Numbered from the stretch's first letter, positions 8,044 through 17,826 are shown. The stretch is DNA of 64,000 nt from Ignavibacteriota bacterium (GCA_963787835.1 CAWBEI010000002.1:544001-608000), one strand, 5' to 3'. Notes: a model not told the origin generated them from the letters alone. A program made the numbers and translations.

Positions 8044-10989
8044 TTATCTCACTAACATCAACTCCTTCGAACGAATATTCTGCCCGCCGTCAAGAGCCGT
8101 GGTCGCAACGCGGAGCATGAGTGCGCCGGTGGGAAGGTTTTGCGGGAGCGCGAGGTCGCGGTCGTTGGTGCCGGAGGTGCAACTCATAGTGCCACTCCAC
8201 AGCGTGCGGCCAAGAATATCGGTAAGCGAAAGGTTTAGGGTGGCGCCTATCGGCGTTTGTATCACCAGATGCAGGTTATCTTCGTTCGTGATCTCAGCGC
8301 GCTCGATGGCAATGGGCTGGCCGAGCAGCGCAGTCCGCAGGAGCGAATCGCCGCATAGGTTCTGCCCGAGAAACAGCGTGGTTGCCTTCGGCGAAACGTA
8401 ATCGATCTGGCATCCGGCATTCGTTCCGGAAAGGGAACTGGAAACCACGATCGGCGAATAGGAGGAATCGGCAACAAAGGTCTTGAACCACAAATGTGCA
8501 AGAATTCCCGGCGTGCTCGCAAGCGCCGCCAGCGAAGTAAAATGCAGCGTGTCGGTCGCAATGCCATACGAGATCTTTGGCATCGGCCACGTGGTGGTAA
8601 GCGTTCCGTTCAGGTCGGCGTGGTCGTAGGTCAGCACGTTGTGGTCGTAGGTGAGGTACAGATCGAATTGCAGGACGTCGGAAGCAGCAGGAAGCCCCGT
8701 CAGGCCAATATCCGCCAGCGCCTGATCGCCCAATGAAACCGAGGACGTGGTGATCGTCAGCATGGTGTGCGTGGTGTCGGCATTACGAACGATCGGGAAC
8801 ACAAGCGCGTAACTGTGCGAGAGCGTATCTCCGCACCGGAGGTAATAAATAGTTACATGGATGGTATCAGCGCCGGTCACGTTCTGCGGCTCGAATTGCA
8901 AAAGCAGCAGCGAATCGCTCCCGGAAAGCGCGCCTGGGGAAGGAACTTGTAACTGATACATACCCGTCGCCTGCCCGCTTTCGGTATAAAACACATTCGT
9001 AAGCAACGCTCCGCGCGTTGAGCTGATAAAATGCTCCGTCGCGGTATCGAACGCTACCACGATCTTCGCAAGCACGAAGCCATCGCTCGCGGTAACGACA
9101 GAATCCGTGGTGATCGCAATGGTAAGCGGCTCGCAAACGGTCGCAGCGGTATGCGAGAGCAGAAATTGCCTATCGAGCGAGTCGGTGGAGGGCTCGATCG
9201 CAAACGTCACGGGCTGGATGGAAAGGGATTCCGTATCGTCACCGCAGTAGCTTGGGGTGGAATTGTTCCCAACGGTCGTTGCGGTAACGGATTTCCATCC
9301 CGAGAAGATCAACCGGAACAGATCGCTGCCGGTAATGAACGGATCGCCATAGATCGTTACCGTTGCAAACCCCGGCGTTGACGAATCCACAGAATAACTA
9401 CCATTGTTGAGAATGGCTCCCGGCTGCAAGCCTACAAGATGCAGCGTAGTGGGATCGTAGGTGATCGGGACCGTCAGCGAGATCAGGTTCTCGCCATTGG
9501 GAACGGCCGGAGCGAGCGTTGCATCGACATTGAAATCCGAGCAGGTTTGCACAGAATCAGCCGTAAGCACTACAACATGGGAGGTCGTATCCCGAATGGG
9601 CATTGTGCCGGCCGTGCAGGCCATGAAGGAATAGGCATCGCCCGCATCGAAGCCGGTGACGAGTGCGAAGAGCGGGTCCGGCGATATGATCTCATGTTCC
9701 CCCGGCGGAATCGAAGGCGTAAGCGCGCTGTAATTACCTCCGTTGATGACCGAAGAGAGAGCGCCCGTGAGCGAGAGAGGCGTGCCATCGAGCGTAGCAG
9801 TGGCAAGGTCAGCCGTCGGGCAAATGATGGGAACCCAGTGCAGGAACGTGGGAGGAAGCTCCGGCGTATTCCAGATCAGGGTATCGGTGTAATACTCGGT
9901 ATCGAGCACGGTAACGAGTGTTGGATCGCCGACGAAGGTACCTAAATTAAAGTCATAGAAATCGCTCCCGCGCGTCAATTGATGCGCTTCGACAAGGAGC
10001 GGGTTGCCTTGCAGATCGAACGTGTGGATCTCCGCAGTTCCGGAAAATTCTGCAGCGACTCGGCCATTGGTCGATGTCGCAAACCCACCGTTGAACTGCG
10101 CGTAGAAATCCCGGTCGCTCGTGAGCACCATCTGCACACCGGAATCCGAATTCCCAAGCGGCTCTACGAGAAAGTGCGAACCCCACCACTTCTTTCCGAT
10201 CAGCTCATCCATCAGTTCGTTGCAGGACTGATCCCCGACCGGTACATACCCACAGGTGAGTCCGGAAATAACGCTGACAGGCTTTGTCGATTGAATCTTC
10301 GACCCGGAAAGCGAAGGATCCGAAGGATGATCGGAAGTATCCGCTTTCACGATGTAGCATTCTCCGTGGTTGAGCGTAACGGTGACCGGCATGCCGCCCG
10401 GCAACCCGTTCAGGTTGCTGATCGAGGGAGTGATTGTCACCAGTGTGGAATCGTATGCGGCTGTGATGAGAAATTCATTGTTGTTACGCTCCGAGAATTC
10501 ATCCGCCGGGTCATCCCAAATGCCCCATCCGAAGGTTACATAACTTGTGTCGAGCGCATTATCTGGAAGTATTTGTGTGGCATCGCCGGCATCGAACACA
10601 TAATCGTGAAATACAAGATTAACCGGTTCCGTGGTATGGATAATCAGCCCCTTGTTGGTTTTGCCAAGATCGTTCAACTGCAGAAGATTGTATGGCAGAT
10701 CGATGACGGTCGCCGCGCCCGGCCCAAACGAGAAATCCTGAATATAACCGGATGGCGAAATAACCACGCCACAACCCGAAAACTGGCTCACGACCGTAAG
10801 CATAAGCGTCGATTGCTGGGCGGACGCACTGCTATCGCCAACGAGATCGTCAGCACCCTGAATGATTCCAAAGCTAAAGTTCTGTCCGGCGCGCGGAAGT
10901 ATCGTCTGGCCATTGCCAACAGACGCAGAAAATACTACCCCTGCGACGAGAAGCATAGCACAGGAATGCGACATGAACGATCGGACCAT
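8044..10989 (-). CDS. Secreted IgGFc-binding-like domain protein with cohesin-like repeats and a probable T9SS sorting domain (start approximate)
   Basis: DATQILP..LDTSY, EFLITAAYDST.VTITP, GSKIQSTKPVSVISG..C resemble the IgGFc-binding N-terminal domain; ITYDPTTL / LTYDHNVL cohesin-like strands; TDILGR...KELMLVR C-terminus. Confidence 0.75.
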   Translation of the reverse strand: MVRSFMSHSCAMLLVAGVVFSASVGNGQTILPRAGQNFSFGIIQGADDLVGDSSASAQQSTLMLTVVSQFSGCGVVISPSGYIQDFSFGPGAATVIDLPYNLLQLNDLGKTNKGLIIHTTEPVNLVFHDYVFDAGDATQILPDNALDTSYVTFGWGIWDDPADEFSERNNNEFLITAAYDSTLVTITPSISNLNGLPGGMPVTVTLNHGECYIVKADTSDHPSDPSLSGSKIQSTKPVSVISGLTCGYVPVGDQSCNELMDELIGKKWWGSHFLVEPLGNSDSGVQMVLTSDRDFYAQFNGGFATSTNGRVAAEFSGTAEIHTFDLQGNPLLVEAHQLTRGSDFYDFNLGTFVGDPTLVTVLDTEYYTDTLIWNTPELPPTFLHWVPIICPTADLATATLDGTPLSLTGALSSVINGGNYSALTPSIPPGEHEIISPDPLFALVTGFDAGDAYSFMACTAGTMPIRDTTSHVVVLTADSVQTCSDFNVDATLAPAVPNGENLISLTVPITYDPTTLHLVGLQPGAILNNGSYSVDSSTPGFATVTIYGDPFITGSDLFRLIFSGWKSVTATTVGNNSTPSYCGDDTESLSIQPVTFAIEPSTDSLDRQFLLSHTAATVCEPLTIAITTDSVVTASDGFVLAKIVVAFDTATEHFISSTRGALLTNVFYTESGQATGMYQLQVPSPGALSGSDSLLLLQFEPQNVTGADTIHVTIYYLRCGDTLSHSYALVFPIVRNADTTHTMLTITTSSVSLGDQALADIGLTGLPAASDVLQFDLYLTYDHNVLTYDHADLNGTLTTTWPMPKISYGIATDTLHFTSLAALASTPGILAHLWFKTFVADSSYSPIVVSSSLSGTNAGCQIDYVSPKATTLFLGQNLCGDSLLRTALLGQPIAIERAEITNEDNLHLVIQTPIGATLNLSLTDILGRTLWSGTMSCTSGTNDRDLALPQNLPTGALMLRVATTALDGGQNIRSKELMLVR

Positions 10990-11205
10990 GGGATGCAGCT
11001 TATTTCTTATTTCTATCGAACGTTTGAGAGCAGGAAAGTAGTGTCCGGCATGAACGACAACGACGAAGTCCGGCCACAATTTTTATTATCCTCCAAGGTT
11101 ATCTACGGATGACCTAATAACACCTAATACCATAAAAGGTAACGCAAATACATATTAAAACCGTTGCTTACTGAATTCACATCCCCAAAATGCCGTTTAA
11201 CCTAC

Positions 11206-12345
11206 ATGACCGATCATGCGCCGAGGCAGATTCAACAAAATCCCCGAATTCAGGAGGCTCTGCGCACATTGTACCGCTGGGCAAACGATCGGGATTTCCT
11301 CGGGCACGACCCGCACGATCTGCTAAATGCGCCGCTGTTGCAGCATGTTCATAATCCGACTGCCCGCCTAATCGCGTTGCAGCTTGGGCGCCGATCTGTT
11401 ATTAATTTACATACGTTGCTAAGCGTCCCACACGCGGAAAATCCGAAAGCACTCGCGCTTTTCATGATGGGCCTGCTGCGAGCACGGGAACAGATCACGC
11501 CCGATTGGAAAGTAGATGCCGCAAAAATTGGTGACCGTCTGCTCAACTCTCAGCACGCGAATGGTGGCTGGGGTTATGCCTTCCCCTGGCAATCCCGAAC
11601 GCATTTCCTTCCAGCAAACACGCCGAATATTGTGACGACATCGTTCGTTGGCACAGCCCTGCTCGAACTTCAGAAGCATTCTGCATCGCCAAGGTTATTA
11701 GACGCCATCCATCGCACGGCGCAATATATTGAGTCGCTCGAAACTGGAAGTTCTGCCTTTGGCTATGCAGAGAATGATCCGCAGATCGTGTTTAACGCAT
11801 CGCTTCTAGGTGCAGAATTTTTATTGAAGGTCGGGTTGCTATTTGCAAATCCTCAATATGTAGAACAGGCTCGTCTGGCGGCGGAATTTGTCGCGGATCA
11901 TCAACGGGCGGATGGTGGGTGGGACTACGGCCTCGAACCCTCGCAACACTGGACGGATTCGTTCCATACCGGATTTGTACTTCTCTCGATGAAATCTATT
12001 GCCGATACCATCGGAGATGGACGACTCAAAACATCGACCCAGCGTGGATTCGAATACTATCGCACCGCGTTCCTCGAACCGGATTTTTCCATTCGCTATT
12101 TCCCCGGCAAACGTTACCCGATAGATTCACATGCACTTGGGCAAGCAATGGTAACATTCGAAACCTTCGGCGATCATGAAACTGTGTCACGAATTGCGGA
12201 ATTCGCTCTCCACAATATGCGATCACCGCAGGGATATTTCTATTATCAAAAGCACCAGTTGTTCACCAACAAAATTCCGTATATGAGGTGGTCGAACGCA
12301 TGGATGTTTCTGGGACTCTCATCAGTACTGAGTAGCGAGCAATGA
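11206..12345 (+). CDS. (alpha/alpha)6-barrel protein of the family found in surface-polysaccharide loci
   Basis: GHDPHD, NPKALALF, WGYAFPWQSR, PNIVTT, DSFHTGF, YPIDSH, YMRWSNAWM motifs; ATGA-coupled to the DUF354 gene. Confidence 0.7.
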   Translation: MTDHAPRQIQQNPRIQEALRTLYRWANDRDFLGHDPHDLLNAPLLQHVHNPTARLIALQLGRRSVINLHTLLSVPHAENPKALALFMMGLLRAREQITPDWKVDAAKIGDRLLNSQHANGGWGYAFPWQSRTHFLPANTPNIVTTSFVGTALLELQKHSASPRLLDAIHRTAQYIESLETGSSAFGYAENDPQIVFNASLLGAEFLLKVGLLFANPQYVEQARLAAEFVADHQRADGGWDYGLEPSQHWTDSFHTGFVLLSMKSIADTIGDGRLKTSTQRGFEYYRTAFLEPDFSIRYFPGKRYPIDSHALGQAMVTFETFGDHETVSRIAEFALHNMRSPQGYFYYQKHQLFTNKIPYMRWSNAWMFLGLSSVLSSEQ

Positions 12346-13478
12346 GTACCGAGTTAAAAAATAATGAAGGAATACCAGACGAGCCCCACTCGGTACTCGG
12401 TACTCGCCCACTCGGTACTCAAATATGGATCGACATGGAGAATTCCCCGCATGTCCCATTCTTCCTGCCGATCATTCTGGAATTGGAACGAAATGGTTGT
12501 GAAGTGATCCTCACCGCTCGTGATTTTGCTCAAACCCGCGAGCTGGTCGAACGCGCAGGGCTGAACGCACGAATCATCGGCGGAGAATATGGAAATAATA
12601 CAGCGATAAAATCGCTGGGGCTGCTTTTTCGTGCGCTTCGTTTAGCATGGTTTATGCGGGGACGCAAAATTTCGCTCGCCGTTGGTCATGGCTCGCGTGG
12701 ATTGCTGCTTGCTTCGCGAATGCTCGGGATAACAGTTCTTGAACTTTACGATTACGAAGGTGCAAGCGTCCGGCTCTTCAATCGTCTCAGCAATTTCGTG
12801 ATGACCCCGGAAGCTATTCCATTTTCTACCCTCGAAACGCTCGGACTATCGAAAGAAAAACATCTCGTCTATCCCGGATTGAAGGAGGATGTTTATGCCA
12901 GCGATTTCAAACCGAATGGCAAAATAATTAGCGAACTTGGCCTTGATCCATCTCGTATTCTCATCACCATTCGCCCGCCTTCGAGCACGGCGCATTACCG
13001 GAGTGAGGAATCATTCCGGTTATTCGGTGGAATTATGGAGATCATTGGAGATCGTGATGATATTCAAATTGTTTTTCTTCCTCGAACAAAAAACCACCCC
13101 CCAGCCCCCTCCTACTCCGCTTCGCTTCGTAGGAGGGGGAGTATTATTACCCCTCCTTTCGCCGTCGATGGTTTGAACCTTCTCTATCATTCCGATCTTG
13201 TTATTTCCGGCGGTGGCACGATGAACCGCGAAGCTGCCGCGCTTCGCATTCCGACAGTTACCATCTTCAAAGGCCCAATGGGGGCAGTCGATCAATGGCT
13301 GATAGACTCCGGCAAAATGATCGCGATCGATAATGCAGAGGAAATCGTGCCGATGCTGCGAAAACGGCAACCGACTATTACTCGATGTTCAGACTCTGCT
13401 AAATATGTTATTCTCGATGCGATTTTGAACATTGCAAATGGTAAAGCATCCTCGTCCCGAAGGGACAGAAGGAAATAG
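12342..13478 (+). CDS. DUF354 family GT-B-fold protein (LpxB-like glycosyltransferase)
   Basis: IWIDMENSPHVPFF, ILTARD, DLVISGGGTMNREAA. Confidence 0.85.
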   Translation: MSTELKNNEGIPDEPHSVLGTRPLGTQIWIDMENSPHVPFFLPIILELERNGCEVILTARDFAQTRELVERAGLNARIIGGEYGNNTAIKSLGLLFRALRLAWFMRGRKISLAVGHGSRGLLLASRMLGITVLELYDYEGASVRLFNRLSNFVMTPEAIPFSTLETLGLSKEKHLVYPGLKEDVYASDFKPNGKIISELGLDPSRILITIRPPSSTAHYRSEESFRLFGGIMEIIGDRDDIQIVFLPRTKNHPPAPSYSASLRRRGSIITPPFAVDGLNLLYHSDLVISGGGTMNREAAALRIPTVTIFKGPMGAVDQWLIDSGKMIAIDNAEEIVPMLRKRQPTITRCSDSAKYVILDAILNIANGKASSSRRDRRK

Positions 13479-13635
13479 CCGAGGACGTAAGTCCCCGGAC
13501 GGGAAGGTAACGCGATAAAAGAGTCCCGAAGGGACTGAAGAACGGGATTTCTTTCGCCCCTTCGGGACTTTGAATAATAACCTATTTCTCCGGGGGCTAA
13601 CGCCCCCCGGCTATTTCCTTCTGTCCCTTCGGGAT
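13454..13635. repeat. REPIN/MITE-like palindromic element (GTCCCGAAGGGAC family); supplies the stop codon of the DUF354 gene
   Basis: Terminal inverted repeat TCCCGAAGGGACAGAAGGAAATAGCCG ... CGGCTATTTCCTTCTGTCCCTTCGGGA with internal paired copies. Confidence 0.85.
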
Positions 13636-13642
13636 TAACTCC

Positions 13643-14218
13643 ATGAATATTCGATTACTGATTATTGTTCTCTTCGCGCTTTCCACCGGCTGCAAAATGA
13701 AAGCCGAGCAAAGCCAAATGAACGCAACTTCCGACACAATTTTAACGAAATCCAGCATGACTATCACCTCAACCGCTTTTCATAACGATTCCACCATTCC
13801 ACAAAAGTTCACCTGTCAGGGCGAGGACATCTCCCCTGCGCTTGCTTGGACTGGCGCTCCAGCAGAAACGCAAAGCTTTGCCTTGCTCTGCGAAGACCCC
13901 GACGCTCCCGGAGGAACATACATTCATTGGGTCGCCTATAACATTCCCACGACCGAACGCGGACTTGCAGAAAATTTCCCAAAGCGCGATAAACTCCCCA
14001 ACGGCACACGCCAGGGCATTAACGATTTCAAACAAATGGGCTACGGTGGTCCGTGTCCGCCACCGGGGAAGGCGCACCGGTATTACTTCAAGCTTTACGC
14101 GCTCGATGCGATGCTCAACATTCCCGGCGAAGCAACCCGCGATCAGCTCCTGAACGCGATGCACGGCCACATCCTCGCCGAAAGCGAGACAATGGGTATG
14201 TACCAGAGGAAATTATGA
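13643..14218 (+). CDS. YbhB/YbcL (PEBP/Raf-kinase-inhibitor-like) lipoprotein
   Basis: Lipobox LSTGC; DISPAL.W, EDPDAP, HWV.YNIP, YGGPCPPPG..HRY.F.LYALD. Confidence 0.93.
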   Translation: MNIRLLIIVLFALSTGCKMKAEQSQMNATSDTILTKSSMTITSTAFHNDSTIPQKFTCQGEDISPALAWTGAPAETQSFALLCEDPDAPGGTYIHWVAYNIPTTERGLAENFPKRDKLPNGTRQGINDFKQMGYGGPCPPPGKAHRYYFKLYALDAMLNIPGEATRDQLLNAMHGHILAESETMGMYQRKL

Positions 14219-14259
14219 ATTACGAATGACAAATGACGAATTTGAGAAGGGCAAATCAA

Positions 14260-15112
14260 ATGAAGCAATTAACGCTATTAATCCTTCTTTCGACCATTAT
14301 TGGCTGTACTGTTGAGATACATGAGTCGCAGCTTCTTTCTCCAAGCAGAGCTTCTATTTTACCGAATGACTCGCTTTCTTTTGGTATTCTTAAGGGTGAA
14401 AATATTGCTGTTGTTTCAGAACCCGGTGTTACTCTTCGGGGTATAAGCCTTCAAAATCCGTCGGCGAATAAAACGATCATCTACTTCTATGGAAATGGCG
14501 GTAAGCTCATAAATAAGGATATAAGAACGACTCTGGATTCGCTTGCGATTAAGTTGGATGCTAATTTTATCTCCTTCGATTATCGAGGATACGGCTTTAG
14601 CGATGGCGACGCATCACTCTCTGCACTTTTGACAGATGCCTTTGAAGCTTTACGATACGGTAAAAGCTCGCTGGAGTTCGAACCAGCCGCTGTATGTGTT
14701 TGGAAGATCAATTGGGGCAGGGCCAGCAATGTTTGTGGCGAGCGAGCGAAAATGCGCTGGGATGATACTTCAATCTCCGCCAGCGTCAGCATCCGAAGTC
14801 ATTCCAACTTGGACAGGCATGATGCCGTGGTACGAAAGTATCTTCGTTTCGCTCAGGCCGGACAGCGCTCTGGCTAACCTCAAACCTCAGACAACCGATC
14901 TCGCAGCCAAAATTAGCGTTCCTACTCTAATTATTCATGGCTCTAAAGATGATTTTGTCTTGCCAAAATTTGGCAAAGAACTATTCGAGAAAATCGTATC
15001 TAAGAATAAGGACTTTATCGAGATTCCTGGCGTCGGCCATTGGGATTTGATCCCGTACAGGTCACCCGTCGTTGATAGCATAAGGTCATTTTTCGACCGA
15101 ATAAATAAATGA
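14260..15112 (+). pseudogene. Alpha/beta-hydrolase lipoprotein (ABHD/BEM46-like) split by a +1 frameshift at about 14641-14643
   Basis: Frame 1 has YFYGNG and DYRGYG; frame 2 has GRSIG, IIHGSKD and GH. Removing one T from GCC TTT GAAG gives continuous ...LLTDALKLYDTVK... Confidence 0.75.
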
Positions 15113-15265
15113 AAGGATATTGTTGTGGATGATGGAATTCTAAAAGGGAATCCAGTCATTCTTCATTCTTAATTAACCCTGCCACCATTTCCCTTCTAAT
15201 TACTCTTACCTATCGTGGACGCATCATCGCAAGGATGATCCCCACAACCGCGGTACACTTTACGC

Positions 15266-15985
15266 ATGAACGAAACTGACGAGGTCGGGAGTCTATCTAC
15301 TATAGATAGTCTTCCGTTTGCTGGGCACATTGGCACGAGTCCATCGGGCTTGAGCCACGCTGGCACCAAACAGCGCGAATTTCTCGCGCTGCTGATGCCT
15401 GTGCTCCCAAAACTCTCGCGTTTTTGCCAGGCGATGTGCCGCGATAAACACGGCCCCGACTGGAGCAGCAATGCTGAACGCGCGAAAGAGCTCGTAAGCG
15501 AGACGATCCTGAAAGCCTACGAACACTTCGACAAGATCCGGGAGCCAAATGCTTTTTTGAGCTATCTCTTCACGATCGCAAGCCGTACCAATCGTCACGA
15601 GCGTGTGAGAAGCAAAAGATGGCAGCCGATCTCTGATATTGAAATGGAAGCATTCGCAGACGAACGGAATGCGCCCGATGCAAACGCCGATGTCGCTCAT
15701 CTTTACGCGGCACTCGCTAAGCTTCCTAAAAAGCAGCGCGAAGCCATCATCATGAGCGAGATCACAGGATTAAAATTGGAGGAAGTGGCGAGCATTCAAT
15801 CGTCGTCGCTTTCAGCAGTGAAATCCCGCGTGTCGCGCGGACGCAAAAAGCTCGCAAAACTGCTCGGTGTGAATGAAGAATCAGTTCCCGCTCCGTCGGT
15901 CGGATTAAATCCATCGAACGGAATGGGTAACGGTGGGAGCTTCTATCACACAAAGTTCGCTTTCGAAGCCAAAGAGAAAATATGA
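15266..15985 (+). CDS. ECF RNA polymerase sigma-70 factor
   Basis: Region 2 (AKELVSETILKAY..FLSYLFTIASR) and region 4 (LAKLPKKQREAI...EEVA......AVKSRVSRGRKKL). Confidence 0.92.
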   Translation: MNETDEVGSLSTIDSLPFAGHIGTSPSGLSHAGTKQREFLALLMPVLPKLSRFCQAMCRDKHGPDWSSNAERAKELVSETILKAYEHFDKIREPNAFLSYLFTIASRTNRHERVRSKRWQPISDIEMEAFADERNAPDANADVAHLYAALAKLPKKQREAIIMSEITGLKLEEVASIQSSSLSAVKSRVSRGRKKLAKLLGVNEESVPAPSVGLNPSNGMGNGGSFYHTKFAFEAKEKI

Positions 15986-17712
15986 AGAATTCAAATACAT
16001 CTCTGAACGATCTCTTCCGCTCGGCTGGGTCCGAGGCGGAGAAGGATGTTCTCTCGCAAAGCGAAGTCGAGCGGCTGCTTCAGTCAGGCAGGCGTAGTGT
16101 ACCGGTCACACAATCCATTGGGCAGCAGCTTGCACAGCGGCTGCTTTCCACACCACTAAAAATAGGAATGACCGCCATGACTACCGCAGCATGTATTACT
16201 CTCGGACTAATCGCCTTTTGGCCGCAAACATCCTCACAGCCTGTCACTAAAACTCCCATTTCACCCAACGTGGCTTATAGTTCACCTGGGACGGATGCGG
16301 CTACACAGCATTTTGCGACACTGCCAACCAGCAAACCATCATTTGTTGTAAACCCAACAACAGTAGCCACCCTGGCGAATGCAATAATTCCCGCAACCCC
16401 CATTGTAACTGCCGACAGCCTGCAACCCGTCGAGCTTTCGCCCGACCAGCTTGCCAAGCTCGGCATTGTGCTTGAAGATAACGGAGATATTGATTTTTAT
16501 ACGAAAGTCAAGACCACAGGCGAAGTGAATAAATTCGAATTTCCTCCATCATGGGGTATGATTCTGCATCTTGGAGAAACATTCCCTGCGAATGAACTTG
16601 CCAGCATTAATATTCCGACTTATCCACCACGCCTCGTTACACAGCCTAACGGCGCAAAGCGGCTTTTCACTTTCGAAAGTTATTCTACTACGCTTACAAC
16701 TTTGGTTGGGGACCCTAAAACGAATGTACAACACTTGCGTAACGAAATAAATATCATGCCAGCGGGATATGATTCGATACAAGAGAACCCCAATGATGAG
16801 CGGGTCTTGGTCAAGATATTCAGAGACTCAAGCCTGTTAAATTTGGATTCGCTCTCTAAGATTTCGAATGCAAGTTTTAATTTGGACTCACTCTCTAAGG
16901 TTTTGAGTAAAAGTTTTAATTTGGATTCACTCTCTAAGATTTCAAGAGCAAATTTTAACTTGGACTCACTTCCTAAGTTCCCCAACGGAACAAATAATTG
17001 GAGTGCAGATATGCGCGTGTTCGTCAACCATGATCCCAATAACATTGAACATCTCGTGAATGCGATCCATACCATTGACAATGCGGACTCATTCGCTAGC
17101 AAATTAGAGCTAACGGTAGACGAGCTTCACGATTCAGCCGCCACTTCGAATATCGATGCGGATCTCCATGTTGGTAATGTTGAACAAAACCAATTTGAAA
17201 CAATTGTGAGGGCTGTAGGTAGTGCGTTGTCGGAAAAAAACATAATTCAATCCGATTCAGTGATTCGCAATAATGATTTGAATCTAAGCGATTTTTTGTC
17301 AAAATCAATTAATCTCAATCATCTCATCCCCATCCGCGTCATTAACCTAAAGAATGCGGAGCATCCAAACGAACTCATCTTCTGGTATGAGCCAACGCCG
17401 GAGCTAACGGCTGCGATGCCTGCGGCGGTGAATTCCAATCCTGTGCCGCAATCGAAACAGCTTGCGATCTCGGTCTATCCGAATCCGACACTTGGCCCTG
17501 CAACGATACACTATGAACTGGCGGATGCACCGAAAGCCTACTTCAGCGTGCGTAACCTTCTCGGCCAGGAAGTGCTGAACGGCGGCATCACCTCGGGCAC
17601 CACCGGCGATGCACAGCTCGATCTCTCGCAGCTACCGGCCGGCGTCTATCTCCTCGTAACCACCACCGACAATGGTGAGCGCGATGTGGAGCGGGTTGTG
17701 GTAACGAAATAA
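15982..17712 (+). CDS. Putative anti-sigma-like membrane-anchored protein with C-terminal T9SS-type sorting domain
   Basis: ATGA overlap with the ECF gene; N-terminal LNDLFRSA segment, one TM helix (TAACITLGLIAFW), C-terminal SVYPNPT...RNLLGQEV...AGVYLLV...ERVVVTK. Confidence 0.7.
   Translation: MKNSNTSLNDLFRSAGSEAEKDVLSQSEVERLLQSGRRSVPVTQSIGQQLAQRLLSTPLKIGMTAMTTAACITLGLIAFWPQTSSQPVTKTPISPNVAYSSPGTDAATQHFATLPTSKPSFVVNPTTVATLANAIIPATPIVTADSLQPVELSPDQLAKLGIVLEDNGDIDFYTKVKTTGEVNKFEFPPSWGMILHLGETFPANELASINIPTYPPRLVTQPNGAKRLFTFESYSTTLTTLVGDPKTNVQHLRNEINIMPAGYDSIQENPNDERVLVKIFRDSSLLNLDSLSKISNASFNLDSLSKVLSKSFNLDSLSKISRANFNLDSLPKFPNGTNNWSADMRVFVNHDPNNIEHLVNAIHTIDNADSFASKLELTVDELHDSAATSNIDADLHVGNVEQNQFETIVRAVGSALSEKNIIQSDSVIRNNDLNLSDFLSKSINLNHLIPIRVINLKNAEHPNELIFWYEPTPELTAAMPAAVNSNPVPQSKQLAISVYPNPTLGPATIHYELADAPKAYFSVRNLLGQEVLNGGITSGTTGDAQLDLSQLPAGVYLLVTTTDNGERDVERVVVTK
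16840..16977 (+). repeat. Intragenic 39-bp tandem repeat (about 3.5 units; NLDSLSK-x5-F)
   Basis: Units start at 16840, 16879, 16918 and 16957. Confidence 0.9.
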
Positions 17713-17721
17713 TTATTGAAA

Positions 17722-17822
17722 ACTGGATCCCCGCATTCGCGGGGATGACATTTGTAAGAATTCTTGGCGCGAAGCGGGACAACATCACATTCTTGTCATT
17801 CCCGCGAACGCGGGAATCCAGT
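17722..17822. repeat. Inverted REP doublet (GTCATTCCCGCG-N3-GCGGGAATCCAG family)
   Basis: CTGGATCCCCGCATTCGCGGGGATGAC ... GTCATTCCCGCGAACGCGGGAATCCAG. Confidence 0.85.
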
Positions 17823-17826
17823 AATA

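Noticed and set aside
9979-11112. 377-aa plus-strand ORF
   Set aside because: It lies antisense to the well-supported IgGFc-like gene; Arg-rich shadow ORF with no motifs.
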